Shown here: one piece after another, positions 9,005 to 16,850 of the stretch
Numbering within the stretch: position 1 is the stretch's first letter
Layout of the letters: the number at the start of each line of letters is the position of its first letter
From: Spirochaetota bacterium
Lineage (GTDB): Bacteria > Spirochaetota > Leptospiria > Turneriellales > Turneriellaceae
Length of the DNA: 48,418 nucleotides
NCBI GenBank assembly: GCA_017302045.1
Contig: JAFLED010000001.1
Coordinates: forward strand, 943-49,360
Reading direction: 5' to 3'
Made by a program: the position numbers and the translations under genes
Notes under the pieces: generated by a model
The model's database searches: none
The model's input: only the letters and a program-made list of their open reading frames with translations
Told to the model about the DNA's origin: nothing

Positions 9005-9444
9005 GCGGATTTCCCCTCGACATAGGCAGGCAGAGATTTGAGTATGATGTGGTTCCAACCTTCGGCGAAATTTTTCGCTGCCAGATCGGGATTATCGGCC
9101 GGAAAGCTCTCGAGACCGGTGTGAGAGAACTTCAGCAGCGTTTTTTCTCCCTGAGGGATCAGTTCAAAAGTCACCAGCGAGTTGCCCGCGTAACCCTGGT
9201 ATCGCCACGTGTACGAGAGTTTTTTGCCTTGAATAACTTCTTGGACTTCGCATAAGTGATGGTATTGTTTTTCCGGTGATGGCCCGCCGGTGAATTTAAA
9301 ACTAAAACCCACTTCGGCCCGAAACTCAGCGAGATCAAAGTACCAGTTTTTCATCTCGTCTTTGTTCACAAGCGCATTCCAGATTTTTTCAGCTGGCGCT
9401 TCAAAAACACGTTCGAGCACGATGGATTTTTCTGTTTCGCTCAC
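9001..9444 (-). CDS. SRPBCC domain protein
   Basis: ERVFEAPAEKIWNAL...MKNWYF...KKLSYTWRY...HTGLESFP...FAEGW. Confidence 0.9.
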   Translation of the reverse strand: MSETEKSIVLERVFEAPAEKIWNALVNKDEMKNWYFDLAEFRAEVGFSFKFTGGPSPEKQYHHLCEVQEVIQGKKLSYTWRYQGYAGNSLVTFELIPQGEKTLLKFSHTGLESFPADNPDLAAKNFAEGWNHIILKSLPAYVEGKSA

Positions 9445-9904
9445 TTCAAGCTCCGTGTGTATTCTACGAGCTGTTCGAGGGCTGTTCCCCAGCCGCCTTC
9501 GAATCCCATCTCTGCATGTTTCTTTGCGTTTTCGAGCGTCCAGTGGCGCACGCGGGCGGTGTACTTTGTTTTACCGGCGCCTGCGTCGGCAAATTCGACG
9601 ATGGCTGTGAAAAACGGATTTTCGACGGGCTGCCAGCCAACTGTGTAAGCGTCGGTCCACACGAGTTTCTGCCCGGGTATGACTTCAAGAAAGACGCCGT
9701 TGTTCGGAAACTTACCGCCCTCGGGCGAATTCATCATCGTATAGAATTCGCCGCCGGGCTTCAGATCGATGCGGCATTCGCTCACCGTCCAGGGCTTTGG
9801 GCAAACCACGGCATCAGGTGCTTGGGTTCAGTCCAGCACATCCATAACAGATCGCGCGGTGCTTCGACCACGCGTCCGAGTTTAAGTTCCCTTGAATCTG
9901 ACAT
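9441..9904 (-). pseudogene. SRPBCC gene with a 1-bp frameshift
   Basis: ATG 9904 gives MSDSRELKLGRVVEAPRDLLWMCWTEPKHLMPWF, then the frame switches at a T3 run (9803-9805) to CPKPWTVSECRIDLKPGGEF. Span is 464 nt, one short of a multiple of 3. Confidence 0.8.
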
Positions 9905-9913
9905 AATTGCTCC

Positions 9914-10399
9914 TTATTTTTTTCCTTTGGTCAGATAGACTGCAAGCTTATCGAGAGTTTGCATACCGAACTCGACGGCGCCAAAACCAATGCCGGCACT
10001 GCGTTGCTCCTTCGTTGGATGCAGTTGTCGCAAGCTGAGTACAGTTTTCTTGTCCTTTTGTTCATCAAAAGTCAAGGTAACGAAAAATCTTCCCGGATCG
10101 TTATCCTTATCCGCACCGTGGTGAAAGGCGATGCGGTCGTAGGGAGAAATCTCGACGTATTCGATGCGGTTGCCGTAGATTGTTCCGTCGGGACCCTTGA
10201 ACTCAAACCGCCAGCGACCGCCCACGCGAAACTCAAACTCAGATGTTGTGGTAGTGAACCCTCCGGGACCAAACCACTCGTCGAGCGCAGCTTGGGTTGA
10301 GAATGCCTCAAAGACGATTTTTTTCTCCGCGGCAAAAACTCGCGTCAGAACAATCTCTCGCTCCAACGCTTCCTTGTAGCTGACCTCGTTCATGATCAT
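9914..10399 (-). CDS. SRPBCC domain protein
   Basis: REIVLTRVF...WFGPGGFTT...GGRWRF..GPDG...FGAVEFGMQTLDKL; start 10399 or 10393. Confidence 0.9.
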   Translation of the reverse strand: MIMNEVSYKEALEREIVLTRVFAAEKKIVFEAFSTQAALDEWFGPGGFTTTTSEFEFRVGGRWRFEFKGPDGTIYGNRIEYVEISPYDRIAFHHGADKDNDPGRFFVTLTFDEQKDKKTVLSLRQLHPTKEQRSAGIGFGAVEFGMQTLDKLAVYLTKGKK

Positions 10400-10926
10400 T
10401 TTTGTTTTGCAGCCAGGTATGCGTCGAGTTGCGTGAAAGTACCCGCCCAACCCTGATCCATGCCCGCGCGACCGGCATTGAAGGTATCAATTTCTTCTTG
10501 CGTCGCTTCGTACGGCTCCCAACGCAGCGTCAGCATGGTCTTGACGCCTGCACCGCCTGTGCCTTCGGCCATCACCTCTTCGAAGGTTGTTGTCGAAAGC
10601 GTCTGCTTCGGCCAGGTCGGCGCCATCGGGTGCCTGGTAATGCCTGCGTCTTTATCTGAGAACGACTGAATGAGTTGAAGTTTCTTCGGCGGATCTACCT
10701 CGCGGAAAACCCATTTGCCCCACATCTCGGGGTGTTCGCCAAATTTCATGGCATAGTGAAACATACCACCGGGTTTCAGTTCCATCTTCGCATACGTGAT
10801 CTTAGAGCCTGTGGGTCCAAACCACTCACGCAGATTTTCTTCTTTGGTCCAGGCATCCCACACCATCTGGCGTGGCGCGTCGAAGGTGCGGGTGATAACG
10901 ACTTCGTTAGGATTGGCCGTGCTCAT
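10396..10926 (-). CDS. SRPBCC domain protein
   Basis: ITRTFDAPRQMVWDAWT...WFGP...GMDQGWAGTFTQLDAYL. Confidence 0.9.
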   Translation of the reverse strand: MSTANPNEVVITRTFDAPRQMVWDAWTKEENLREWFGPTGSKITYAKMELKPGGMFHYAMKFGEHPEMWGKWVFREVDPPKKLQLIQSFSDKDAGITRHPMAPTWPKQTLSTTTFEEVMAEGTGGAGVKTMLTLRWEPYEATQEEIDTFNAGRAGMDQGWAGTFTQLDAYLAAKQK

Positions 10927-10986
10927 AATTACCTTACTTGCCTTCGGCCGTCGCTGGGACGCCTTCCGTGGCGGCTCCGGCCCGGG

Positions 10987-11532
10987 TCATCCTTGACCCT
11001 CGGCCGCTGCCTTGAGTGCCGCAATATCGATCTTTTTCATCTTTAGCATAGCCTGCTGCGCGCGGTCAGCTATTGCTTTATCCTTATGCGAAACCAGCTG
11101 TAAGAGAATATTCGGCGTCACCTGCCAGCTGAGGCCGAATTTATCTTTTACCCAGCCACACATGCTCTCTTCGCCGCCATCGGCCGTGAGCGCATTCCAG
11201 TAATAGTCGACTTCTTTCTGCGTGTCGACATTGATCATGAACGACACGCCCCAGGTAAATTTAAACTGTTCATGGTCGCCGACGTTATACGAGAAAAATC
11301 TCTGTCCGTTCAGAATGAAGTCTGCCTGCATCGGGTTGGCGCGCAGAATCTTCGATTTTTTGAATATCTTCACATAGAAATTCGCGACTTCTTCGGGGTT
11401 GGCATTGTACATGATGAACGGGGTGATGCTGTGTGCTTTGGCGCCGGTATACTGGACGTTTACGGCACCTTTTTTCGATTTCGGTACACCCGCTTTCTTT
11501 TTCGGCTTTGCCTTGGTTTTTTTCGTTGCCAT
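10987..11532 (-). CDS. VOC protein (PhnB/3-demethylubiquinone-9 methyltransferase-like) with a Lys-rich N-terminal extension
   Basis: ITPFIMY...TQKEVDYYWNALTADGGEESMCGWVKDKFGLSWQV...AMLKMKKIDIAAL. Confidence 0.9.
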   Translation of the reverse strand: MATKKTKAKPKKKAGVPKSKKGAVNVQYTGAKAHSITPFIMYNANPEEVANFYVKIFKKSKILRANPMQADFILNGQRFFSYNVGDHEQFKFTWGVSFMINVDTQKEVDYYWNALTADGGEESMCGWVKDKFGLSWQVTPNILLQLVSHKDKAIADRAQQAMLKMKKIDIAALKAAAEGQG

Positions 11533-11945
11533 TAGTTTGCCTCCGCGTATTTTTTAAAATTATCGAGGATCGCCTGCCAGCCGCCCTGCTGCATTTCGAC
11601 TGGATTTTGAGATTCTGCTTCGAAGATGGTGGCGATCTTTGTTTTGCCACCCACATCTGTAAAATCCGTTTCAACCCTGCGGCCGTCGGCTATCGTATAC
11701 ACGATTCTTTTCTGATCCACGACCTCGTTATAGGTGCCTTCGAAATCGAAACCGAAGCTGCCGTCTTTGGCTTCCATGCGCGACTGCAGTTTTCCGCCAA
11801 CCTTCAGGTCATTCTTCGCGCTCGGGCAATGCCACGATTCATGGGCAAAATTCCATTTTGTGATATGTTCCGGTTTGTTCCAGAAATCCCAGACCTTTGC
11901 GACGGGCGCTGAGATTGTCGCTTCGATATTTACTTTTGTACTCAT
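11532..11945 (-). CDS. SRPBCC domain protein
   Basis: HITKWNFAHESWHCPSAKNDLKVGG...RMEAKDGSFGFDF...QQGGWQAILDNFKKY. Confidence 0.9.
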   Translation of the reverse strand: MSTKVNIEATISAPVAKVWDFWNKPEHITKWNFAHESWHCPSAKNDLKVGGKLQSRMEAKDGSFGFDFEGTYNEVVDQKRIVYTIADGRRVETDFTDVGGKTKIATIFEAESQNPVEMQQGGWQAILDNFKKYAEAN

Positions 11946-12322
11946 TTTTGTTCTCCTTCGGTTGTGTTGTTGTCTTTCGCCTGCAATTTCCTGAGATAAA
12001 TTTCGAGACGATCGAAACTATCTTCCCAGAACTTACGGTATTTTTCTATAAATTCGTTGGCTTCTTTGAGCCGCTGCGCCTCGATGCGGCAGCGGCGCCA
12101 CTGCGCTTCTTTCTCACGCGTGATGAGACCCGCACGCTCGAGCACCTTGAGGTGCTTCGTGATCGCGGGGCCGCTGATGTGAAACGGCTGGGCGAGTTCG
12201 GTGACCGTCGCCGGCCCTTGCCCCAAACGCGTGAGCATCGCGCGCCGTGTTGGGTCGGCGAGGGCGGCGAAGGTCAGACTCAATTGGTCGCTGCTTGCTG
12301 TTGTGTGCGTGGCGTGCGCCAT
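11942..12322 (-). CDS. ArsR/SmtB-family transcriptional regulator
   Basis: FAALADPTRRAML..L...VTELA.PF.IS.PAITKHLKVLERAGLI. Confidence 0.93.
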   Translation of the reverse strand: MAHATHTTASSDQLSLTFAALADPTRRAMLTRLGQGPATVTELAQPFHISGPAITKHLKVLERAGLITREKEAQWRRCRIEAQRLKEANEFIEKYRKFWEDSFDRLEIYLRKLQAKDNNTTEGEQK

Positions 12323-12323
12323 C

Positions 12324-12971
12324 TCAGCCCTTTCTCAGTACCACGTGCAGCGCACCTTCGCCTTGTTTTTGCTCCACGAGTTTGAATCCCATTTTAGGCA
12401 AGTTGAGCCCGGCGAATAAATTCTCGCCTTCACCGAGAAAGACAGGCGAGATCGCGAAATGCAGTTCGTCGACGAGACCCTTCTGCAGATACTGCCGAAT
12501 CGTAGAGACCCCGCCGCCGATGCGGACATCCTTACCGTTGGCTGCCTTTCTTGCCTGCTCGAGCGCTGCCTCGATGCCCTCCGTGACGAAATAGAATGTA
12601 CTATTGCCTGCCATCTCGAGCGGCTTGCGCGCATGGTGCGTCAGAACAAAAATGGGCACATGGTAGGGTGGATTCTCTCCCCACCAGCCTTTCCAGTCTT
12701 CATTGAGCCAGGGGCCGCGCACCGGGCCAAACATATTGCGGCCGAGAATCCAGGCGCCGGTATTTTCGAATGATCTTGCGGCAAAATCATTATCGATGCC
12801 AGTTGTCCCTTTTTCGCTGCCAGCGTGCATGGATTGAAAGACCTTGGTGGGAAAAAACCACTGGTGCAGCTCTGGTCCGCGCAATCCTAGCGGGTTTTCT
12901 AAACTCTGGTTGGGCCCTGCCCCGAAGCCCTCGAGAGAAACCGAGAACGCTGCGACTTTGACTTTGCCCAT
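12324..12971 (-). CDS. Dihydrofolate reductase-like (RibD C-terminal) protein
   Basis: SVSLEGFGAGP...GAWILGRNMFGP...PPYHVPIFVLTHH...DVRIGGGVSTIRQYL..GLVDELH. Confidence 0.9.
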   Translation of the reverse strand: MGKVKVAAFSVSLEGFGAGPNQSLENPLGLRGPELHQWFFPTKVFQSMHAGSEKGTTGIDNDFAARSFENTGAWILGRNMFGPVRGPWLNEDWKGWWGENPPYHVPIFVLTHHARKPLEMAGNSTFYFVTEGIEAALEQARKAANGKDVRIGGGVSTIRQYLQKGLVDELHFAISPVFLGEGENLFAGLNLPKMGFKLVEQKQGEGALHVVLRKG

Positions 12972-12977
12972 ATTTAT

Positions 12978-13001
12978 CCTTTAGGTTAATTAACTTAAAG
13001 G
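12978..13001. promoter_or_regulatory. Palindromic operator, probably bound by ArsR
   Basis: CCTTTAGGTTAATTAACTTAAAGG: 24-bp dyad with one mismatched pair, overlapping the RBS region of the first operon gene. Confidence 0.65.
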
Positions 13002-13062
13002 TAAAATAAGATATATGAATTCTATCGGCCAAAAAAAACGTTGCTTTACAAACTAAAAAATG

Positions 13063-13192
13063 TTCATGATTTTTCTAAAGAAATCGTGAAGATTATAAAT
13101 TTTATGTATATTCTTCACTAAAAAAAAATTTACAAGGTGAATATACCTATAAAGTATCTTGTTTTTCATCATTTATTATTAAAAATCATGAA
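13063..13192. repeat. Three 28-bp dyads TTCAY-N18-RTGAA at an exact 51-bp period in AT-rich DNA
   Basis: Units at 13063-13090, 13114-13141 and 13165-13192, counted directly. Confidence 0.75.
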
Positions 13193-13209
13193 AAATCAGG
13201 GGTGGGGCC

Positions 13210-14094
13210 ATGGAATATACGGATTCCGCACTAACTGAAATCCATCAACTCCGTACGCATTTTTATCAGTTGGCCTTGGGCAAAGATTCTCTTCTGCGCC
13301 TCATGGCTGAGGCCGAAGTTCCCGAGCAGGTTTACGATTCGAACGCGATTGAAAACAGCACGCTGTCGCTCGATGAAACCGAAAAAATTCTGAGAAAAAT
13401 CGATCTCGATCGCTTTATATCAGAACGCGAAATGTTCGAAGCGCGCAATCTTGCCCGCGTCGTTGAATACATTCACACCAAGGCGATCGAGAGTGAGCTC
13501 GATCTCGATGTGATGCTCGTGTTACACAAGATGCTAATTTCGAATATTCGCGACGACATCGCCGGGCGTTTTCGCACAGACAACGAGTGGGTGCGCGTCG
13601 GCAATCATATTGCGCCCGATCCTAAAGAGGTGGTGCCGCGCCTGGGTAAAATGCTCGCCGACTTGCGTGGTCAGATCGGTGCGGGTATCATTCGGCGTGT
13701 CGCGCGGCTGCACCTGACTTTTGAAAATATTCATCCCTTCGTTGACGGCAACGGGCGGATTGGCCGCGTACTCAATAACTTTGTTTTAATTCGCGAGGGC
13801 TACGTGCCGATCAACATCAAGTTCATCGACCGCGATAAATATTACGATGCTCTGCGCGAGTTTGACACCAAACAAACGACCAAACTCATGGAGAAGATCG
13901 TCGAACTCGCGCTCAAGAACAGCTATCACAAGCGGATTACCTACCTCGCCGGCGGTGAAATTATTCGCCTCGTCGATTATGCAAAAAAATATCGTCAATC
14001 ACACTCGAATCTAATCAATAAGGCGCACCGGCAGACGATTCCGGCATTTCTCGAACGCGGCGTCTGGAAAATTGCAGATAGCTACCGTGGCTGA
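13210..14094 (+). CDS. Fic-domain protein (class II-type) with a putative C-terminal DNA-binding module
   Basis: Catalytic HPFVDGNGRIGR; N-terminal inhibitory-type SNAIEN; C-terminal LVDYAKKYRQSHSNLINKAHRQTIPAFLERGVWKI. Confidence 0.92.
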   Translation: MEYTDSALTEIHQLRTHFYQLALGKDSLLRLMAEAEVPEQVYDSNAIENSTLSLDETEKILRKIDLDRFISEREMFEARNLARVVEYIHTKAIESELDLDVMLVLHKMLISNIRDDIAGRFRTDNEWVRVGNHIAPDPKEVVPRLGKMLADLRGQIGAGIIRRVARLHLTFENIHPFVDGNGRIGRVLNNFVLIREGYVPINIKFIDRDKYYDALREFDTKQTTKLMEKIVELALKNSYHKRITYLAGGEIIRLVDYAKKYRQSHSNLINKAHRQTIPAFLERGVWKIADSYRG

Positions 14095-14119
14095 TATTTT
14101 TCGGCACCGCGCATCCATG

Positions 14120-14716
14120 CTATGCGCCCAAACCCTGAATGAGGCTTTTACCCAACAGCGTCCACATCTCTGTAACGGTGGGGTAGAGTTTTCCCTCTTG
14201 CTGAAAGCGCCCGTCGATATAGAGGTTCGCAATGCCATGCACATACGACCACGCCGCGAGCGCGAGTTCCATGGAGCTGCCTGCACGTACTACTCCCGCG
14301 GCCTGGCAGCGCTCGATCGCCGCAACGAGCGCACCGAACGCGGCATCGCCCTCGCGTTTAAGCCCCGGGCATGACGCCGGGTCCTTAAATTTGCCCGAGA
14401 ACATGATGCGAAAATACTGTGGATGCTCCGCGGCGAAGGCAATATATTCGCGGCCATATTCGAGATAGCCCGAGAGCGGGTCGGCAACTTCGAGCGCCCG
14501 CCGTCCGCGCGCGGCTAGGTCGGTGAAGCCCACCTCGGCGATGGCGGCGAGGATATCTTCTTTATCTTTGAAATGGCGGTAAGGTGCCGTGTGACTCACC
14601 TTGGCGGCGCGCGCCACCTCGCGCAGGGTTAATCCTTCGATTCCCTTTTTGTCGAGAATCTTCAAGGCCTGCTTCATGAGTTCGGCCCTGAGGTCGCCGT
14701 GGTGGTAACTCGTCAT
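14120..14716 (-). CDS. TetR/AcrR-family regulator (WHG-type C-terminus)
   Basis: YHHGDLR...LTLREVARAAKVSHTAPYRHF...AWSYVHGIA; start ATG 14716. Confidence 0.92.
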   Translation of the reverse strand: MTSYHHGDLRAELMKQALKILDKKGIEGLTLREVARAAKVSHTAPYRHFKDKEDILAAIAEVGFTDLAARGRRALEVADPLSGYLEYGREYIAFAAEHPQYFRIMFSGKFKDPASCPGLKREGDAAFGALVAAIERCQAAGVVRAGSSMELALAAWSYVHGIANLYIDGRFQQEGKLYPTVTEMWTLLGKSLIQGLGA

Positions 14717-14723
14717 CAGCTGT

Positions 14724-14796
14724 AAGGTATACCCGGGAGGCGTTCTTGTCAAAAAATGTTGACGATGTAAACTTCAATGTTTACTTTGTCAACATT
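14724..14796. promoter_or_regulatory. Divergent sigma70 promoters with tandem TetR operators
   Basis: Plus strand: TTGACG(14759)-17-TACTTT(14782). Minus strand: TTGACA(14752)-17-TACCTT(14729). Dyads AATGTTGAC-N3-GTAAAC and GTTTAC-N3-GTCAACATT span 14755-14796. Confidence 0.7.
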
Positions 14797-15234
14797 ATGA
14801 AACCAGAAACAGTCTTTCTTATTGGAAACCAGCTGGCCGTGGTAGGCTGGGTAATTCTTCTTATATCTTGGTTTGTGCCTTTCCTGCGCGTCTTCGTCAA
14901 AGCCGCGGTGATTCCCCTGCTCTTTGCGGTGGCCTATACCGCCGTCGTGCTCGGCACATTCGGCGGCTCAGGCGGCGATTTTTCAAGCCTCGCGGGCGTG
15001 ATGAAACTCTTCACGAGCCCATGGGCCGTCACCGCGGGGTGGATTCACTACCTTGCCTTCGACATGTTCGTGGGCATGTGGCAGTTCCACGATGCGAAGA
15101 AACAGGGCATGCCATTTTGGGTCATGGTCCCGTGCTGGTTTCTGACCTTTATGTTTGGGCCGATGGGTCTACTGCTCTATGTTCTCGTACGCGCGGCGAA
15201 GACGCGGTCGGTAACGCTCTGGGGTGAAGCATGA
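14797..15234 (+). CDS. ABA4-like (DUF4281) membrane protein
   Basis: GDFSSLAGVMKLF...AGWIHYLAFDMFVG...LTFMFGPMGLLLY; start ATG 14797. Confidence 0.88.
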   Translation: MKPETVFLIGNQLAVVGWVILLISWFVPFLRVFVKAAVIPLLFAVAYTAVVLGTFGGSGGDFSSLAGVMKLFTSPWAVTAGWIHYLAFDMFVGMWQFHDAKKQGMPFWVMVPCWFLTFMFGPMGLLLYVLVRAAKTRSVTLWGEA

Positions 15235-16004
15235 GCGCCGACCGTCATAGCATGGTGCGCATTTTTGTCGCCGGCGCCGCTTTGAATGCCGTCATCGCGG
15301 TTGTCTTTGCCGCGCTGATATTTATCGATAGCCGGCAACTCTTGGGCATCAGCGCCTGGGTGAAGCCGCTGAAATTTGCTGTCACAAGTTTTGTTTACCT
15401 GGGTACGCTCGCACTCTTCGCGCGGCACCTGCCCGATTCGCTCGACGAAACAAAAGGCAACCGCGCGGCGTGGATTATCAGCGCGATGATTTTCGGCGAA
15501 GTCTTTTTTATCGGTTTGCAGTCGGCGCGCGGCGTGACATCCCACTTTAACCAGAAAACGCTGATCGACGGCATCATCTACTCGGTGATGGGTGTAATGA
15601 TCATCGTCAACACCGTCGTCTTTATTCGCGTGTTCCGCCACTTTTTTCGCGGCGAGCAAAAAATTTCAGGCGCATACCTTTCGGGCATTCGTTGGGGCGC
15701 GGTGCTCTTTGTGATTGGCAGCGTTGTCGGCGGCGCGATGTCGGGGCTCAACCGCCACACGATCGGTATTGCCGATGGTGGCCCCGGTTTGCCGCTCGTC
15801 AATTTTAGCACGGTAGCTGGTGATCTGAGAATCGCGCACTTCGTGGGATTGCACGCGTTGCAGGTGCTGCCTTTTCTAGGTTGGCTGATCGCACGCGGCG
15901 CACCGGCAAGAGCCATGACCGCCGCGGGAATAGTCTACACCGTCGCATTCGTGTTTGTACTAGTGCAAGCCTTTCTTGCGCAACCTTTGCTGCGCATGTC
16001 ATAA
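15231..16004 (+). CDS. Conserved multi-TM membrane protein, partner of the ABA4-like gene
   Basis: WVKPLKF, QSARGVTSHFN and GDLRIAHFVGLHALQVLP motifs; ATGA overlap. Confidence 0.75.
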   Translation: MSADRHSMVRIFVAGAALNAVIAVVFAALIFIDSRQLLGISAWVKPLKFAVTSFVYLGTLALFARHLPDSLDETKGNRAAWIISAMIFGEVFFIGLQSARGVTSHFNQKTLIDGIIYSVMGVMIIVNTVVFIRVFRHFFRGEQKISGAYLSGIRWGAVLFVIGSVVGGAMSGLNRHTIGIADGGPGLPLVNFSTVAGDLRIAHFVGLHALQVLPFLGWLIARGAPARAMTAAGIVYTVAFVFVLVQAFLAQPLLRMS

Positions 16005-16026
16005 TCCGGCGCGACGAAAGGCCTAT

Positions 16027-16839
16027 CTAATCTGCGTTCTCGGGCCATGTGCCCGAGAAGGTGCCATTCGAAAACTCACCCACCCCTTTAACGAGAATTT
16101 CACAGTTGCGCAAGCGCCGGGAAGCCTCGGTCAAGCCGGCCAGGGTAAAGCGCTGGCTATCATATGATAATACAATACTTTTGAGGGTGGGCATAAACCC
16201 CAGCTCACGCAAACCGGCTTCAGTGAACGAGGTTTCCTGAAGTTGTAGCTCTTCGAGGCATGGCAAGAGCCCCAGGTGCTCGGCCGCCCGGTCCGTTAAC
16301 TGCGGATTGTCTTTGAGACGCAAAATACGCAATGCGGGCAGCTTGAAGAGCGCGTGCAGATCGGCATAGTGAATCTGGGTGGCCTGCAAGTTCAGGTTGG
16401 TGATACCTGCGGCATCACAAAGCAGCCAGAGGCCATTGCCATCGAGATTGCACTCGACAAAACTGGCAGACGATAGCTGCGGAAAATATTCAAGCTTCGC
16501 GAGCTCTTGCATGTCTGAGATTATGGGTAGTGCTTCGGGAAAGGTAAAGTGCGTGATATCGATCGGAAACTCGCGACCATCGACGACGAGTTTGTCGAAC
16601 CTTATGCGTTCTCTGATAGTCGAAAACGCATAAGCAGAAGTTAACCGGGATTTAAGCTGCTCGCGGTGCCAGAGTTCGCTCAGCGTGTTCGCAGAACCGT
16701 CTTCCCGAAGCTGTTCACTCCAGTAGCGATACGCGTTGCCTTCCAAAGAAAAACCCCAGGATTCTTCCTGGAACCGCGTGCTGAAGCGCCCGCCGGCATC
16801 GATCATGGCAATAATTGCATCGGCTTCGTCCGGGGTCAT
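16027..16839 (-). CDS. Leucine-rich-repeat-like protein
   Basis: ITNLNLQATQI, LPALRILRLKDNPQLTD and LPCLEELQLQETSFTEAGL repeats; probable start ATG 16839. Confidence 0.7.
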   Translation of the reverse strand: MTPDEADAIIAMIDAGGRFSTRFQEESWGFSLEGNAYRYWSEQLREDGSANTLSELWHREQLKSRLTSAYAFSTIRERIRFDKLVVDGREFPIDITHFTFPEALPIISDMQELAKLEYFPQLSSASFVECNLDGNGLWLLCDAAGITNLNLQATQIHYADLHALFKLPALRILRLKDNPQLTDRAAEHLGLLPCLEELQLQETSFTEAGLRELGFMPTLKSIVLSYDSQRFTLAGLTEASRRLRNCEILVKGVGEFSNGTFSGTWPENAD

Positions 16840-16850
16840 CGCAAAGGAGA

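Noticed and set aside
10934-10990. 18-aa ORF MTRAGAATEGVPATAEGK coupled to the VOC stop, overlapping a weak GC hairpin
   Set aside because: Too short to support; could be a degenerate REP or a duplicated gene end
2264-12971. Integron cassette array as an explanation for the many small co-oriented genes
   Set aside because: Most genes overlap or are a few bp apart, leaving no room for attC sites, and there is no integrase in the window
13063-13192. CRISPR mini-array
   Set aside because: Only 5-7-bp half-sites are conserved, not full direct repeats, and there are no cas genes
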